Source: Minisyncoccota bacterium
GTDB taxonomy: Bacteria > Patescibacteriota > Minisyncoccia > Phycocordibacterales > UBA9973
DNA: 64,000 nucleotides
Direction: 5' to 3'
NCBI GenBank assembly: GCA_041664465.1
Contig: JBAYKP010000003.1
Location: forward strand, 19,405-83,404
The stretch's first letter is position 1; each line of letters begins with the position of its first letter. Under the pieces are notes generated by a model that had not been told where the DNA came from, ran no database searches, and saw only the letters and a list, made by a program, of their open reading frames with translations. Both the position numbers and the translations under genes were made by a program. This document shows, one piece after another, positions 29,519 to 38,079 of this stretch.

Positions 29519-32467
29519 TTATCTCGTTCTAGCCCGTTCCAAAGTATTACCTGTATTTGTAGTATTAGTCTTAGGAACAGTAGATGGGGCGACATAGTTC
29601 GGGCAAGCTGGATCTTGTGCATCTGTCAATCCATTCAAGTCGTTATCTATACCGTCATTACAATTCTCCTCGGCCTTGCTACCTCTCCCTAGTATACCGT
29701 CTGCATCGAAGACTTGGATATCTTCTTCTTGTAAACAGCTGGCATATTTAGCATCGTATTGTGCTTTGGTTAGAACTTTCCCGCCCGTTCTTGTGGCCTC
29801 ATCATTTAGTATTTTTACCAAGTTGGCATCTCGGCGATCTTGGGCAGCTTTTATTATTCCACTAACTTCGTCTCTTATAGGCTGGAGTTTTGCTATGTTT
29901 ATCTTTGCTTGGGCCACTGCATCTGTATATTCTTGTATTTTCTGAGAAGTTTGATCATTGTAGTATAGTATGTCTTTTGTAAAATCGAGACCATTCTGAG
30001 CCATAGGTACATATGAAGGGTTCTTTATCTCCCTTATACTTGTTTCAGTATCATTATACTCTCTAGTCATATTATTAAAATAGACTTTATTCATCATTTT
30101 ATCAAAAACTTCATAAAAATTCTGGAACAAATAACTGTTGGTATAATCCGTAATAAATTTTTGTAATTTAACTGCTTCATTAAATTTAACCCCACTTTTC
30201 CACACATAACTATTTGTTCCTTCATTTTTAGTGCCAGTGAATGGGCCAAAGTAATTTAGGAACCAAGCCACTGCATTTGAGTCTGCTATTTGTTTCCATA
30301 CATTTTTGTTATTATCAAAGATTTTTGACAGATTTTTATATGTTGTACTATCTTCACGATCTATTTTCCACTCCAATCTATCTATGTCACCTTGATTTAG
30401 TGGGCCAGTATAGATTGAATTTACCCAATCTTGGTATGCACTTTGAGCATCTGTGGAGTTCGTCTTATAGCTTGGGTTGGGTCCGGGGATACAATAGTCA
30501 AGCTCTCCTAGACTCGTCATTACTTTTGGTAATACTCCAAGTACTTCTTTGGCTGCTACTATGTAATCTTGCTGAAGCTGGATGACTCCTCTCTTGGCTA
30601 TTGGGCTTTGTTGCCCTTTTTTCCAATTTTGCCACGCACTTCCATCCCAGAATGCCCTGTCTCCAACTTCCCAGCCATTATAGCCATCAGTCATAAGTTT
30701 TGTTTTCCCTGCTACAGTCACTGTATAAAATGGATTTACTGGATAAGCAAGTTCTTTTATCTTAGTCTCATTATTATAAGTATAAATTTCTGGAGCAGTG
30801 CTAGGATACAATCCGATAGTAATATTTATATCTTTTGGATAAACTTTAATAGCATCGCCAGAAAGAGTGGCTTTATTAGTATTAGCATTCCAAGTTCCGA
30901 GATTTGTCGTAGCACTATGTATATAAGTATTACCTAAATCACGAGTCAGATTGAAACCATCATAAGCACCGTTGTTGTCATAAGTAGTACCACCTTTTAA
31001 TGTATTCATATTATCAGTCCAGCTAGTAGCCACAGCAGAGTCTGAAAGACTTGTAAGTCCTCCACTTTGAAGCTTGGATATTAATGCTGAGAATAATACG
31101 TTTAATCCATCGTTTATAGTTTTGACAAGCTCAAGCTGGCGGTCTGGAGAATTTAAATAATTTCCAACTTTATCTTTAATAAGACTTCCTGGAGTTATTA
31201 TTTTTTCTTTAGCACAGGAATTTGGTTTTTTACGTTCTGCATCTGTTGGATTTTGTGTTTGTACTCTCTCTTGATGAGTTCCTCCTCCTTCATTTGCATC
31301 TCCTACCTCTTGATATAACCAGTCATTGGTTTTTGTATCTATTCTATACCACCATATACATTCCTTCTGACTCATGAAACCATTATTCTGAGCTATTTCG
31401 GCTTTTTGGTCACTCACTACTTGCGTTTGCATATCACTGAGATATTGGTTTGCGAGCATATTGAAGCCGAGAGGATTATTCTTCTCTCTTTGAGTCAATG
31501 CTAGCCAGCCGTTCCACCCACCGAGAGAGAAATCTCTAGCGAAAGCGTTATTGGCATCTTGAGCATTTCGTAAAGCTTGTTGCGTTTTTTCTGCTTCAGT
31601 AAGTTGTTTGTCACTGTAGTAGGACTTTGGATTTGATATAAAGTTCCCTAAGTCTGATTGAAGCCCGCCAAGGAATCTGGAAGAGCTAGATACTATACCT
31701 TGGCTGTTGATAGTAGACCGAGCGAAGTCTGCTGCATAAGGGTTTGCATTCTTCGGAGCGAGCATTATATCAATACCTGTTTCTACAACATTTTTTTCAA
31801 TGTTGTATGTAAGATTTCTCATGTTTTGAACGAATAAAGGATTGCCTCCATATCCAGAATTTACCCAGTTCATAGTGCTACGGGCCATGGCTGTCAGTTG
31901 GTTCTTTGCAAGAGTAATAGCGATACCATCAAAACAGTCGTCTTTCATTTTTTTTGCTTTTTCTTCTTCTAGTATTTTAGCTAGAGTATAGCCAGATTCA
32001 GGGTCGTTTGTTCTTGTATATGCCTCGCAGAATTTAACTTTTTCAGCAGTAGTTTTTGCTGCATCTGTTAAATTATTAACTACTGGAGTAGTTCCTGCTA
32101 TTAATTGAATTCCAGCTTTTATTGCTACACATGTATTATTTGCGAGTTTTATTACAGCATCTTTTTGTACTTTTATTTGTGCTGCTCTCTCTTCTGGAGA
32201 TCCTACCATAGCAGTCATAAATTTTGCAGTTTTATTCACAACACCAGTACAGCCGACGACGCTTGTAAGCATTTGAGGGTTAACCACATCAGAAACTTTA
32301 AATCTATATGGATTGTTTGGGCTACTTTGATTTGGATTAGAATATAAACTTGCATTAGATCCGGCTGAAGTGGCAGCATTTAAGTATGAAATAGGTAAGA
32401 CAAAAGCTAACAAAACAACTGAAACTATCAGAGGTGAAATTATTTTTGTAATAGTTTGTTTTTTCAT
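29519..32467 (-). CDS. Large secreted hypothetical protein of the T4SS-like cluster
   Basis: Signal peptide; NWVNSG..GNP.FV, GGW.GW, NNP.G and TPGS motifs; C-terminal ENCNDGIDNDLNGLTD..DP.C metal-binding-type motif. Confidence 0.7.
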   Translation of the reverse strand: MKKQTITKIISPLIVSVVLLAFVLPISYLNAATSAGSNASLYSNPNQSSPNNPYRFKVSDVVNPQMLTSVVGCTGVVNKTAKFMTAMVGSPEERAAQIKVQKDAVIKLANNTCVAIKAGIQLIAGTTPVVNNLTDAAKTTAEKVKFCEAYTRTNDPESGYTLAKILEEEKAKKMKDDCFDGIAITLAKNQLTAMARSTMNWVNSGYGGNPLFVQNMRNLTYNIEKNVVETGIDIMLAPKNANPYAADFARSTINSQGIVSSSSRFLGGLQSDLGNFISNPKSYYSDKQLTEAEKTQQALRNAQDANNAFARDFSLGGWNGWLALTQREKNNPLGFNMLANQYLSDMQTQVVSDQKAEIAQNNGFMSQKECIWWYRIDTKTNDWLYQEVGDANEGGGTHQERVQTQNPTDAERKKPNSCAKEKIITPGSLIKDKVGNYLNSPDRQLELVKTINDGLNVLFSALISKLQSGGLTSLSDSAVATSWTDNMNTLKGGTTYDNNGAYDGFNLTRDLGNTYIHSATTNLGTWNANTNKATLSGDAIKVYPKDINITIGLYPSTAPEIYTYNNETKIKELAYPVNPFYTVTVAGKTKLMTDGYNGWEVGDRAFWDGSAWQNWKKGQQSPIAKRGVIQLQQDYIVAAKEVLGVLPKVMTSLGELDYCIPGPNPSYKTNSTDAQSAYQDWVNSIYTGPLNQGDIDRLEWKIDREDSTTYKNLSKIFDNNKNVWKQIADSNAVAWFLNYFGPFTGTKNEGTNSYVWKSGVKFNEAVKLQKFITDYTNSYLFQNFYEVFDKMMNKVYFNNMTREYNDTETSIREIKNPSYVPMAQNGLDFTKDILYYNDQTSQKIQEYTDAVAQAKINIAKLQPIRDEVSGIIKAAQDRRDANLVKILNDEATRTGGKVLTKAQYDAKYASCLQEEDIQVFDADGILGRGSKAEENCNDGIDNDLNGLTDAQDPACPNYVAPSTVPKTNTTNTGNTLERARTR

Positions 32468-32546
32468 TCTTAATTCTTTACCTTTATAATTAGTAATTGT
32501 TAATTATTAATCAGTAATTACTCTCATTATACCATTTTATTATTAT

Positions 32547-33431
32547 TTATTGCAAAATTTCAGATATTTTCTCTAGGTCTGTTCCCAATGCGTCATTATA
32601 CTTTTTATAGTTCAGGATTCCTTTCATTCCCCCGAGTGGGTCACCCAGCATTGTGGTAAGACTATGAATAGTTTGGCCAGTTTTCTCGTAATTGTTGGAT
32701 GCATTTAATTGTAAATCTGCAAGAGCTTTGGGGACGGGGACTTTTATGAATTCTTTGCCGAAATTTTGGTATGCGATGGCGACAGTCTTGGCAGCATACA
32801 AGGCTTGTGGGTCTTTATTGTTTAATCCTTGAATGATGAAAGTGAGCTCATTGCCAATATCGGCATCTTTATATTTAGTTACGAGCTTGCTCAGATTGTT
32901 TTGATAAGTAGTATTGGCAATAGCAGAATCATTCACTATACTCATCATATTGCGAGTATAAATATCCTTGATCTCTACAGCTTTTACATTATCCCCTATG
33001 GCACTAGTAATAGCGCCCAGTGATTCATCGTTGAGAGATCCTGTCTGTTGTAATGATACAATTGCGGCGAAAAATTCTTGAGATAAGACTTCGTTATCTG
33101 TGATAGTTTGAGATGGATCGGCTGATAGTGGGTCGTTGTTTTCTGCTAAAGTTTTCTTTTTGGCTAGGATAAATTCTTTATTCTCTGGGCCATTTTTATA
33201 AGGGTCGAGACCCCAGAGATACTCCTCCCAGTCGGCTATGCCGTTATTATTGCTATCTTTTTGGATGATTTCTCCGATGGTCACTTTTACAGGTTGACGA
33301 ACTGAGGGCTTTTTATTTTTAAAAAGAGAAATAACCCCTTTGATAGAGAAGAATATGATAATCAATATTATTATGAAGAGAATAATTGCTTGGAATTTTT
33401 TGCTTGGGAGGTAATTTTTATAATCACTCAT
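32547..33431 (-). CDS. Membrane-anchored protein with bacterial TSP3-like Ca-binding motif
   Basis: N-terminal TM; DSNNNGIADWEE..WGLDP. Confidence 0.7.
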   Translation of the reverse strand: MSDYKNYLPSKKFQAIILFIIILIIIFFSIKGVISLFKNKKPSVRQPVKVTIGEIIQKDSNNNGIADWEEYLWGLDPYKNGPENKEFILAKKKTLAENNDPLSADPSQTITDNEVLSQEFFAAIVSLQQTGSLNDESLGAITSAIGDNVKAVEIKDIYTRNMMSIVNDSAIANTTYQNNLSKLVTKYKDADIGNELTFIIQGLNNKDPQALYAAKTVAIAYQNFGKEFIKVPVPKALADLQLNASNNYEKTGQTIHSLTTMLGDPLGGMKGILNYKKYNDALGTDLEKISEILQ

Positions 33432-33533
33432 AAGATCAATAAATGGTTAATTAAGAATTTAAAATACTCTATTTTATATAGAAATACTATCTTAATAATA
33501 CAACTTATTTTTAAAATATCCTAATCTTTTATC

Positions 33534-34433
33534 CTAATTTTTTATAGAAAGATTGGATATTTCTATCCATTTTTCAAATTTGATATCCTCAGCTCTTGCC
33601 TTAGGATTTATATCTAATTTTTCAAATATTTCATCTATTTTATTTATATAAGGAAGTCCGACTTCCTTAATTTGTATGTTTGGAAGTCCGACTTCCAAAT
33701 TTTTACGGAGGACTTTTCTTTTATGAGCAAAGCCTGCTTTGATAAGTTGGAAGAATGAATCTTCTTCATTTTTATTTTTGAAAAATTTGTTGGAAATATC
33801 TCCTATGTGAATAATTGCCGAGTCCACCTTAGGAGCTGGGGAGAAGAATCTTTTATGAACTTTCATTATGTATTTTGGTGTGCTGAAAGCTTTCACGGAA
33901 AGAGAAAGAATACTTTCCTTCTCATCTCTTGCTACAATTCGCTCGGCTACCTCTTTCTGGACCAAGAGAGTCATACTGACAGGCTTTGGTTCTTCACTTA
34001 AAAATTTCCTAAGTATTAAACCGGTGATGTTGTAAGGAATGTTGGCGACTATCTTATAGGTATTAATTCCTCCCCTCCTTACTAAGGAGGGGACTGAGGG
34101 GAGGTTCTTAATTAATTCACCCCTCCCTAGCCCTCCCCTTAGTAAGGGGAGGGGATTAAAATTTAAAATATCTTCATTTAATAAAATTAGTTTTCCAGAT
34201 TTTATTTCTTCTGTGAATTTTTCATTAAGTATTTCTATCAAGTCGCGGTCTTTCTCAACCGCAATTACTTTCCTCGCTCTCTCTAAAAGTTTCTCTGTCA
34301 GTGCCCCCTTCCCTGGGCCAATTTCAACAACTATATCTTTATCATTCACACCACTCATCTCGCACATCTTGAAAAGCGCCTCTTTAGACTTCAAGAAATT
34401 CTGCCCCATACTTTTCTTTGCTTGATGAATCAT
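33534..34433 (-). CDS. rsmA: 16S rRNA m6,2A dimethyltransferase RsmA/KsgA, with repeat-derived insertions
   Basis: GQNFL, VEIGPGKG.LT, ANIPYNIT, QKEVA.R and F.P.PKVDS motifs. Confidence 0.95.
   Translation of the reverse strand: MIHQAKKSMGQNFLKSKEALFKMCEMSGVNDKDIVVEIGPGKGALTEKLLERARKVIAVEKDRDLIEILNEKFTEEIKSGKLILLNEDILNFNPLPLLRGGLGRGELIKNLPSVPSLVRRGGINTYKIVANIPYNITGLILRKFLSEEPKPVSMTLLVQKEVAERIVARDEKESILSLSVKAFSTPKYIMKVHKRFFSPAPKVDSAIIHIGDISNKFFKNKNEEDSFFQLIKAGFAHKRKVLRKNLEVGLPNIQIKEVGLPYINKIDEIFEKLDINPKARAEDIKFEKWIEISNLSIKN
33651..33698. repeat. Two family C mini-hairpins inside rsmA
   Basis: AGGAAGTCCGACTTCCT and TTGGAAGTCCGACTTCCAA, each encoding EVGLP. Confidence 0.75.
34064..34158. repeat. 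Family A repeat inserted in-frame in rsmA
   Basis: Same hairpins and TTAATTAA core as 2067/18562/57949; encodes [32 protein letters not shown]. Confidence 0.9.
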
Positions 34434-34434
34434 A

Positions 34435-36372
34435 TTATAAGTATACTACCTTCTCTCCACCTTTTGAATAACTCTGCCTGAATTCTGTCAGGTGAACTGG
34501 GATGTCGTAGATGAATTCACTCGGAGTATTTACTTGTTTCATTCCGAAAATTGTACGCAATGTTGTATAAGTAAGGAAAAGTTTTTTCTCTGCTCTTGTG
34601 AGTGCCACATAGAAAAGTCTTCTCTCTTCCTCTTTATCTTCTTTCGTTCCCTGACCTGTTCTTGCATGTGGAAATAAATCTTGCTCAAGCCCCGTGACGA
34701 AGACATATTTGAATTCTAGCCCTTTCGATGCATGCACTGTCATCAATCTGACTCCGCCAGTTTTAGCTTTATTTATAAGGCTATCTTGGTCACTTGAAAG
34801 TGAAGCATCTTCTAAAAGTTTTTCTATTCCATTCTCCATTGTGTCATATTTTATGGCGAGAGTTACAAGCTCTTTCATATTTTCTAATCGTTCCATTTCT
34901 TCATTTGTACCATGCGAGAGTTCCTCTTCAAGTCCCGACTTCTCTATTATATATTTTATTATTTCAGATGGTTTATGCGTATCAATATACTCGTGAATAT
35001 TTTCTAATAATTCATAGAATTTATTTATTTTAATTTGCATTCCCGCTGGTAGTTCTGCGAACTGACCCGCGAAAAGTTTCGTGAGTGTCACCTTCCCTAC
35101 TCCACGAGCCGGAGTATTTATAATTCTTTTTATATCTGTTAGGCTTTCTTTATTCAAGCTTGCTTTAATATATGCGATGACATCTTTGATTTCTTTTCTC
35201 TCGAAAAATTTTACCCCAAGGACTTGGTAAGGAATTTGCCGAGAGAGCATTGCCTCTTCTAAGACGCGGGATTGAAAGTTCGCACGGTACAAGACTGCTA
35301 TATTCTCTGGTTTATTTTCTTTTAGGAGTTCATCTATTTCTTCCGCTACAAAATTTGCTTCTGATGTTTCATCATAAGCTTCGCAGACCACTATCTGCTC
35401 GCCATCTACATTTTTAGTAAATAAAGTTTTCGGTACTCTATACTGATTCTTCTCTATCACACTATTGGCAGCTTCTATTATCTTTCCTGTGGAGCGGTAA
35501 TTCTGCTCAAGCATCACAATCTTGGCATTCGGATAATCTTTTTCAAAACGAATCATGTTTTTAATGTTCGCTCCTCTCCATGAGTACACACATTGATCTT
35601 GATCCCCAACAATACAAATATTTTCATCTTTACTTACTAGAAGCTTCGTCATTTCATACTGCACTTCATTTGTATCTTGATACTCATCTATATGCACATA
35701 CTTCCACTTCTCTTGATATTTATTTTTAACCTCTGGAAACTTCCGCAAAATCATTACAGATTCCAAAAGTAAATCATCAAAATCAAGCCCTTTTTCATTT
35801 TTAAGTCTGGCTTCGTATCCACCCCAGACGAGGGCTACAATACTTTGCATGCTACTTTTCACCTCTCCTCTATAATTAGGAAGTGTAATAAAGTCACCTT
35901 TGGCTTTGGAAATAATACTTTTAATTTTCCTTGGCTCGTGTTGCTTCGGGTCTATATCGTGCTCTTTCATCACATCTTTGATAATAGAGATAGCGTCACT
36001 CTCGTCTATTATAGAGAAGTGCTTGGTAAGGCCTATCAGGTGGGCATTCTCTTTTATAATATGTACTCCAAGAGAATGAAAAGTAGAGACAAATGGAGTC
36101 CCCGCGCCAGAGCTTCGCTCTGGCGCACTTATCCCATGCCTTTTGTCTTCCAGTAGCATCATCACTCTATCTCGCATTTCCTTGGCAGCCTTATTTGTAA
36201 AGGTTACTGCCAGAATAGAAGAAGGATTCACTCCTTGATGTATCAAATGAATTATCCTGTGTGTTATCGTCTTCGTCTTCCCCGCCCCCGCCCCTGCTAC
36301 TATCAAAAGAGGCCCATCTGTATACAAGACTGCCTCTTTCTGTTTATCATTCAATTGCTCCAAATATTGCAT
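34435..36372 (-). CDS. pcrA: ATP-dependent DNA helicase PcrA/UvrD
   Basis: AGAGAGKT, TFTNKAA, DEYQDTN, LEQNYRST, MTVHASKGLEF and EERRLFYVA motifs. Confidence 0.95.
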   Translation of the reverse strand: MQYLEQLNDKQKEAVLYTDGPLLIVAGAGAGKTKTITHRIIHLIHQGVNPSSILAVTFTNKAAKEMRDRVMMLLEDKRHGISAPERSSGAGTPFVSTFHSLGVHIIKENAHLIGLTKHFSIIDESDAISIIKDVMKEHDIDPKQHEPRKIKSIISKAKGDFITLPNYRGEVKSSMQSIVALVWGGYEARLKNEKGLDFDDLLLESVMILRKFPEVKNKYQEKWKYVHIDEYQDTNEVQYEMTKLLVSKDENICIVGDQDQCVYSWRGANIKNMIRFEKDYPNAKIVMLEQNYRSTGKIIEAANSVIEKNQYRVPKTLFTKNVDGEQIVVCEAYDETSEANFVAEEIDELLKENKPENIAVLYRANFQSRVLEEAMLSRQIPYQVLGVKFFERKEIKDVIAYIKASLNKESLTDIKRIINTPARGVGKVTLTKLFAGQFAELPAGMQIKINKFYELLENIHEYIDTHKPSEIIKYIIEKSGLEEELSHGTNEEMERLENMKELVTLAIKYDTMENGIEKLLEDASLSSDQDSLINKAKTGGVRLMTVHASKGLEFKYVFVTGLEQDLFPHARTGQGTKEDKEEERRLFYVALTRAEKKLFLTYTTLRTIFGMKQVNTPSEFIYDIPVHLTEFRQSYSKGGEKVVYL

Positions 36373-36395
36373 TCCCTTATTGTAGCATTTTATTT
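36305..36395. repeat. 91-bp direct repeat, copy 1 (promoter and 5' end of pcrA)
   Basis: Matches 37642-37732 with 2 mismatches. Confidence 0.9.
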
Positions 36396-36406
36396 AATTT
36401 AATTCT

Positions 36407-37537
36407 TTAGTTATATTCTTCTAGATTCTCTAAATATTTTTCTGCATTTTTTATTTTTGCACCAGATTTAGAAACCCTCTCTGTTTGTAGATTATATACT
36501 ACTTGCGTACTTTCCACTTTGTATTTTTCTCTGAAATATTCCAAGGTTTTTGATATACTACTATCAGAAACTTTTGCTTCAATGATTTCTATTAAATTAT
36601 TTTCACTATCTGATAAGGCAAAGTCCACCTCTTTCTTTTCTTTGGTCTTTAAAAATCCGAGAGAATATGAGGCTCCATCTCTATCATTTTTTAATTTTAT
36701 ATGTTTATACAAAGCAAGTGCTACGAAGTTTTCGAATTTTGCACCAACATCATTTATCAAAGCATAATCAAAGAAATAAATTTTAGGTTCTTTTAAGATT
36801 GAACGAGAAATTTTATGAGTGTATGGTTTTATTATAAATATAATATATATTGCTTCCAATATCTCAATATATTTTTTTACCGTAATAGAAGAAATCCCTA
36901 TATCTCCTGCGATATTACTATAACTTATAGGTGAGCCTACTTTATTTTTCAAAGATTGATATACAAGACGAATAGCATTCACTTTATCTATATCTTGAAA
37001 TTCTAAAACATCTTGTCCCAGAAGACTCTCAGTATATAAACTACGCCAACGGTTTACATCTTCATTGTTGCTGGCTAGTAATGGCTCGGGGAACCCGCTT
37101 CTTTCCATTAGTAAGCTTGCAACATTCTCTATATCACTTCCTTTTAATTCACTCAGAGTAAATGGGAATAGATGGTGGACATAGAATCGTCCAGCCAGCG
37201 AATCCCCCACTTTTTTAAATGCATCCATTCTAGCACTTCCAGTCACTAGTATGTGTACTGATGAAGATTTTGTATCATATACTCCCTTTAAATAATTTTT
37301 CCATTTTGGCATTTTATGGATCTCATCAAACACAATTAGATCAACATCAGGGAGCCAAGCTTCTTTTCGAATTATTTCTCGATGGTCACTGTTATCATAA
37401 TTCAAATAAACAGGATTTTTATATTCCTTCATTATCTCTTTGGCCAGCCAAGTCTTCCCCACTTGTCGTGGTCCCACAATAAAGACCATTTTCTTTTGTA
37501 AATCGGAGAGTATTTTGTTGTATATTTTCCTTTTCAT
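36407..37537 (-). CDS. AAA_14 ATPase with DUF4143 (wHTH + PD-(D/E)xK-like) domain
   Basis: GPRQVGKT, FDEIHK, TGS, SLAGR, GFPE, PKIYF.D, FEN.V and EVDF..IEAK motifs. Confidence 0.88.
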   Translation of the reverse strand: MKRKIYNKILSDLQKKMVFIVGPRQVGKTWLAKEIMKEYKNPVYLNYDNSDHREIIRKEAWLPDVDLIVFDEIHKMPKWKNYLKGVYDTKSSSVHILVTGSARMDAFKKVGDSLAGRFYVHHLFPFTLSELKGSDIENVASLLMERSGFPEPLLASNNEDVNRWRSLYTESLLGQDVLEFQDIDKVNAIRLVYQSLKNKVGSPISYSNIAGDIGISSITVKKYIEILEAIYIIFIIKPYTHKISRSILKEPKIYFFDYALINDVGAKFENFVALALYKHIKLKNDRDGASYSLGFLKTKEKKEVDFALSDSENNLIEIIEAKVSDSSISKTLEYFREKYKVESTQVVYNLQTERVSKSGAKIKNAEKYLENLEEYN

Positions 37538-37575
37538 ATATTTATTATTATGAATTATACTTAAATCTCATATAC

Positions 37576-37619
37576 GACTATTCTATACTACTATATAGAA
37601 TAGTCAAGACTATTCTATA
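37576..37619. promoter_or_regulatory. Operator-like 12-mer array upstream of the AAA/DUF4143 gene
   Basis: GACTATTCTATA 37576-87, its inverse 37594-605, and a third copy 37608-19. Confidence 0.65.
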
Positions 37620-37641
37620 TTCTCCTTAATTTTAAACAAAA

Positions 37642-37732
37642 AAAAGAGGCCCATCTGTATACAAGACTGCCTCTTTCTGTTTATCATTCAATTGCTCCAA
37701 ATATTGCATTCTCCTATTGTAGCATTTTATTT
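37642..37732 (-). pseudogene. 91-bp direct repeat, copy 2: truncated duplicate of the pcrA 5' end
   Basis: ATG at 37709 reads MQYLEQLNDKQKEAVLYTDGPL, then diverges. Confidence 0.85.
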
Positions 37733-38035
37733 GCCTATTTCACTCATTATTTCAGCGCTTTCTTCTCTTAATTTCTCTGCCTCTTCTTTTACTATTTCAT
37801 CTAGATTGGGAACTTTTTCTGAAAGAAAACCAAATATGTTTTCTGGGTCTGGATTCTTTTCAATTAATTTTTCAAAAGTATCTTTATCTTCTTCTGAAAG
37901 TATGTCCAATACACGAAGCATTACTTCTTGATAAACGATAGCTCCAAGGCGCTCCATCGCTTCTTTTTGTTTTTCGACTGGTAAAGTATTGATACCTAGG
38001 ATAAGCACTATATTTTTATTTATATCATTAAACAT
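37727..38035 (-). CDS. Small helical CPR-type protein (DUF5663-like)
   Basis: LGI..LP.EKQ.E...RL......R....LSEEDK pattern; family call is inference. Confidence 0.65.
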   Translation of the reverse strand: MFNDINKNIVLILGINTLPVEKQKEAMERLGAIVYQEVMLRVLDILSEEDKDTFEKLIEKNPDPENIFGFLSEKVPNLDEIVKEEAEKLREESAEIMSEIGK

Positions 38036-38079
38036 ATATTTTTTGTTAATCCACCTGAGATGGACATGTTAATAATTAA

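Noticed and set aside
14836-33431. Integrative conjugative element or prophage
   Set aside because: No integrase, relaxase, coupling protein, att repeats or phage hallmark genes in the window.
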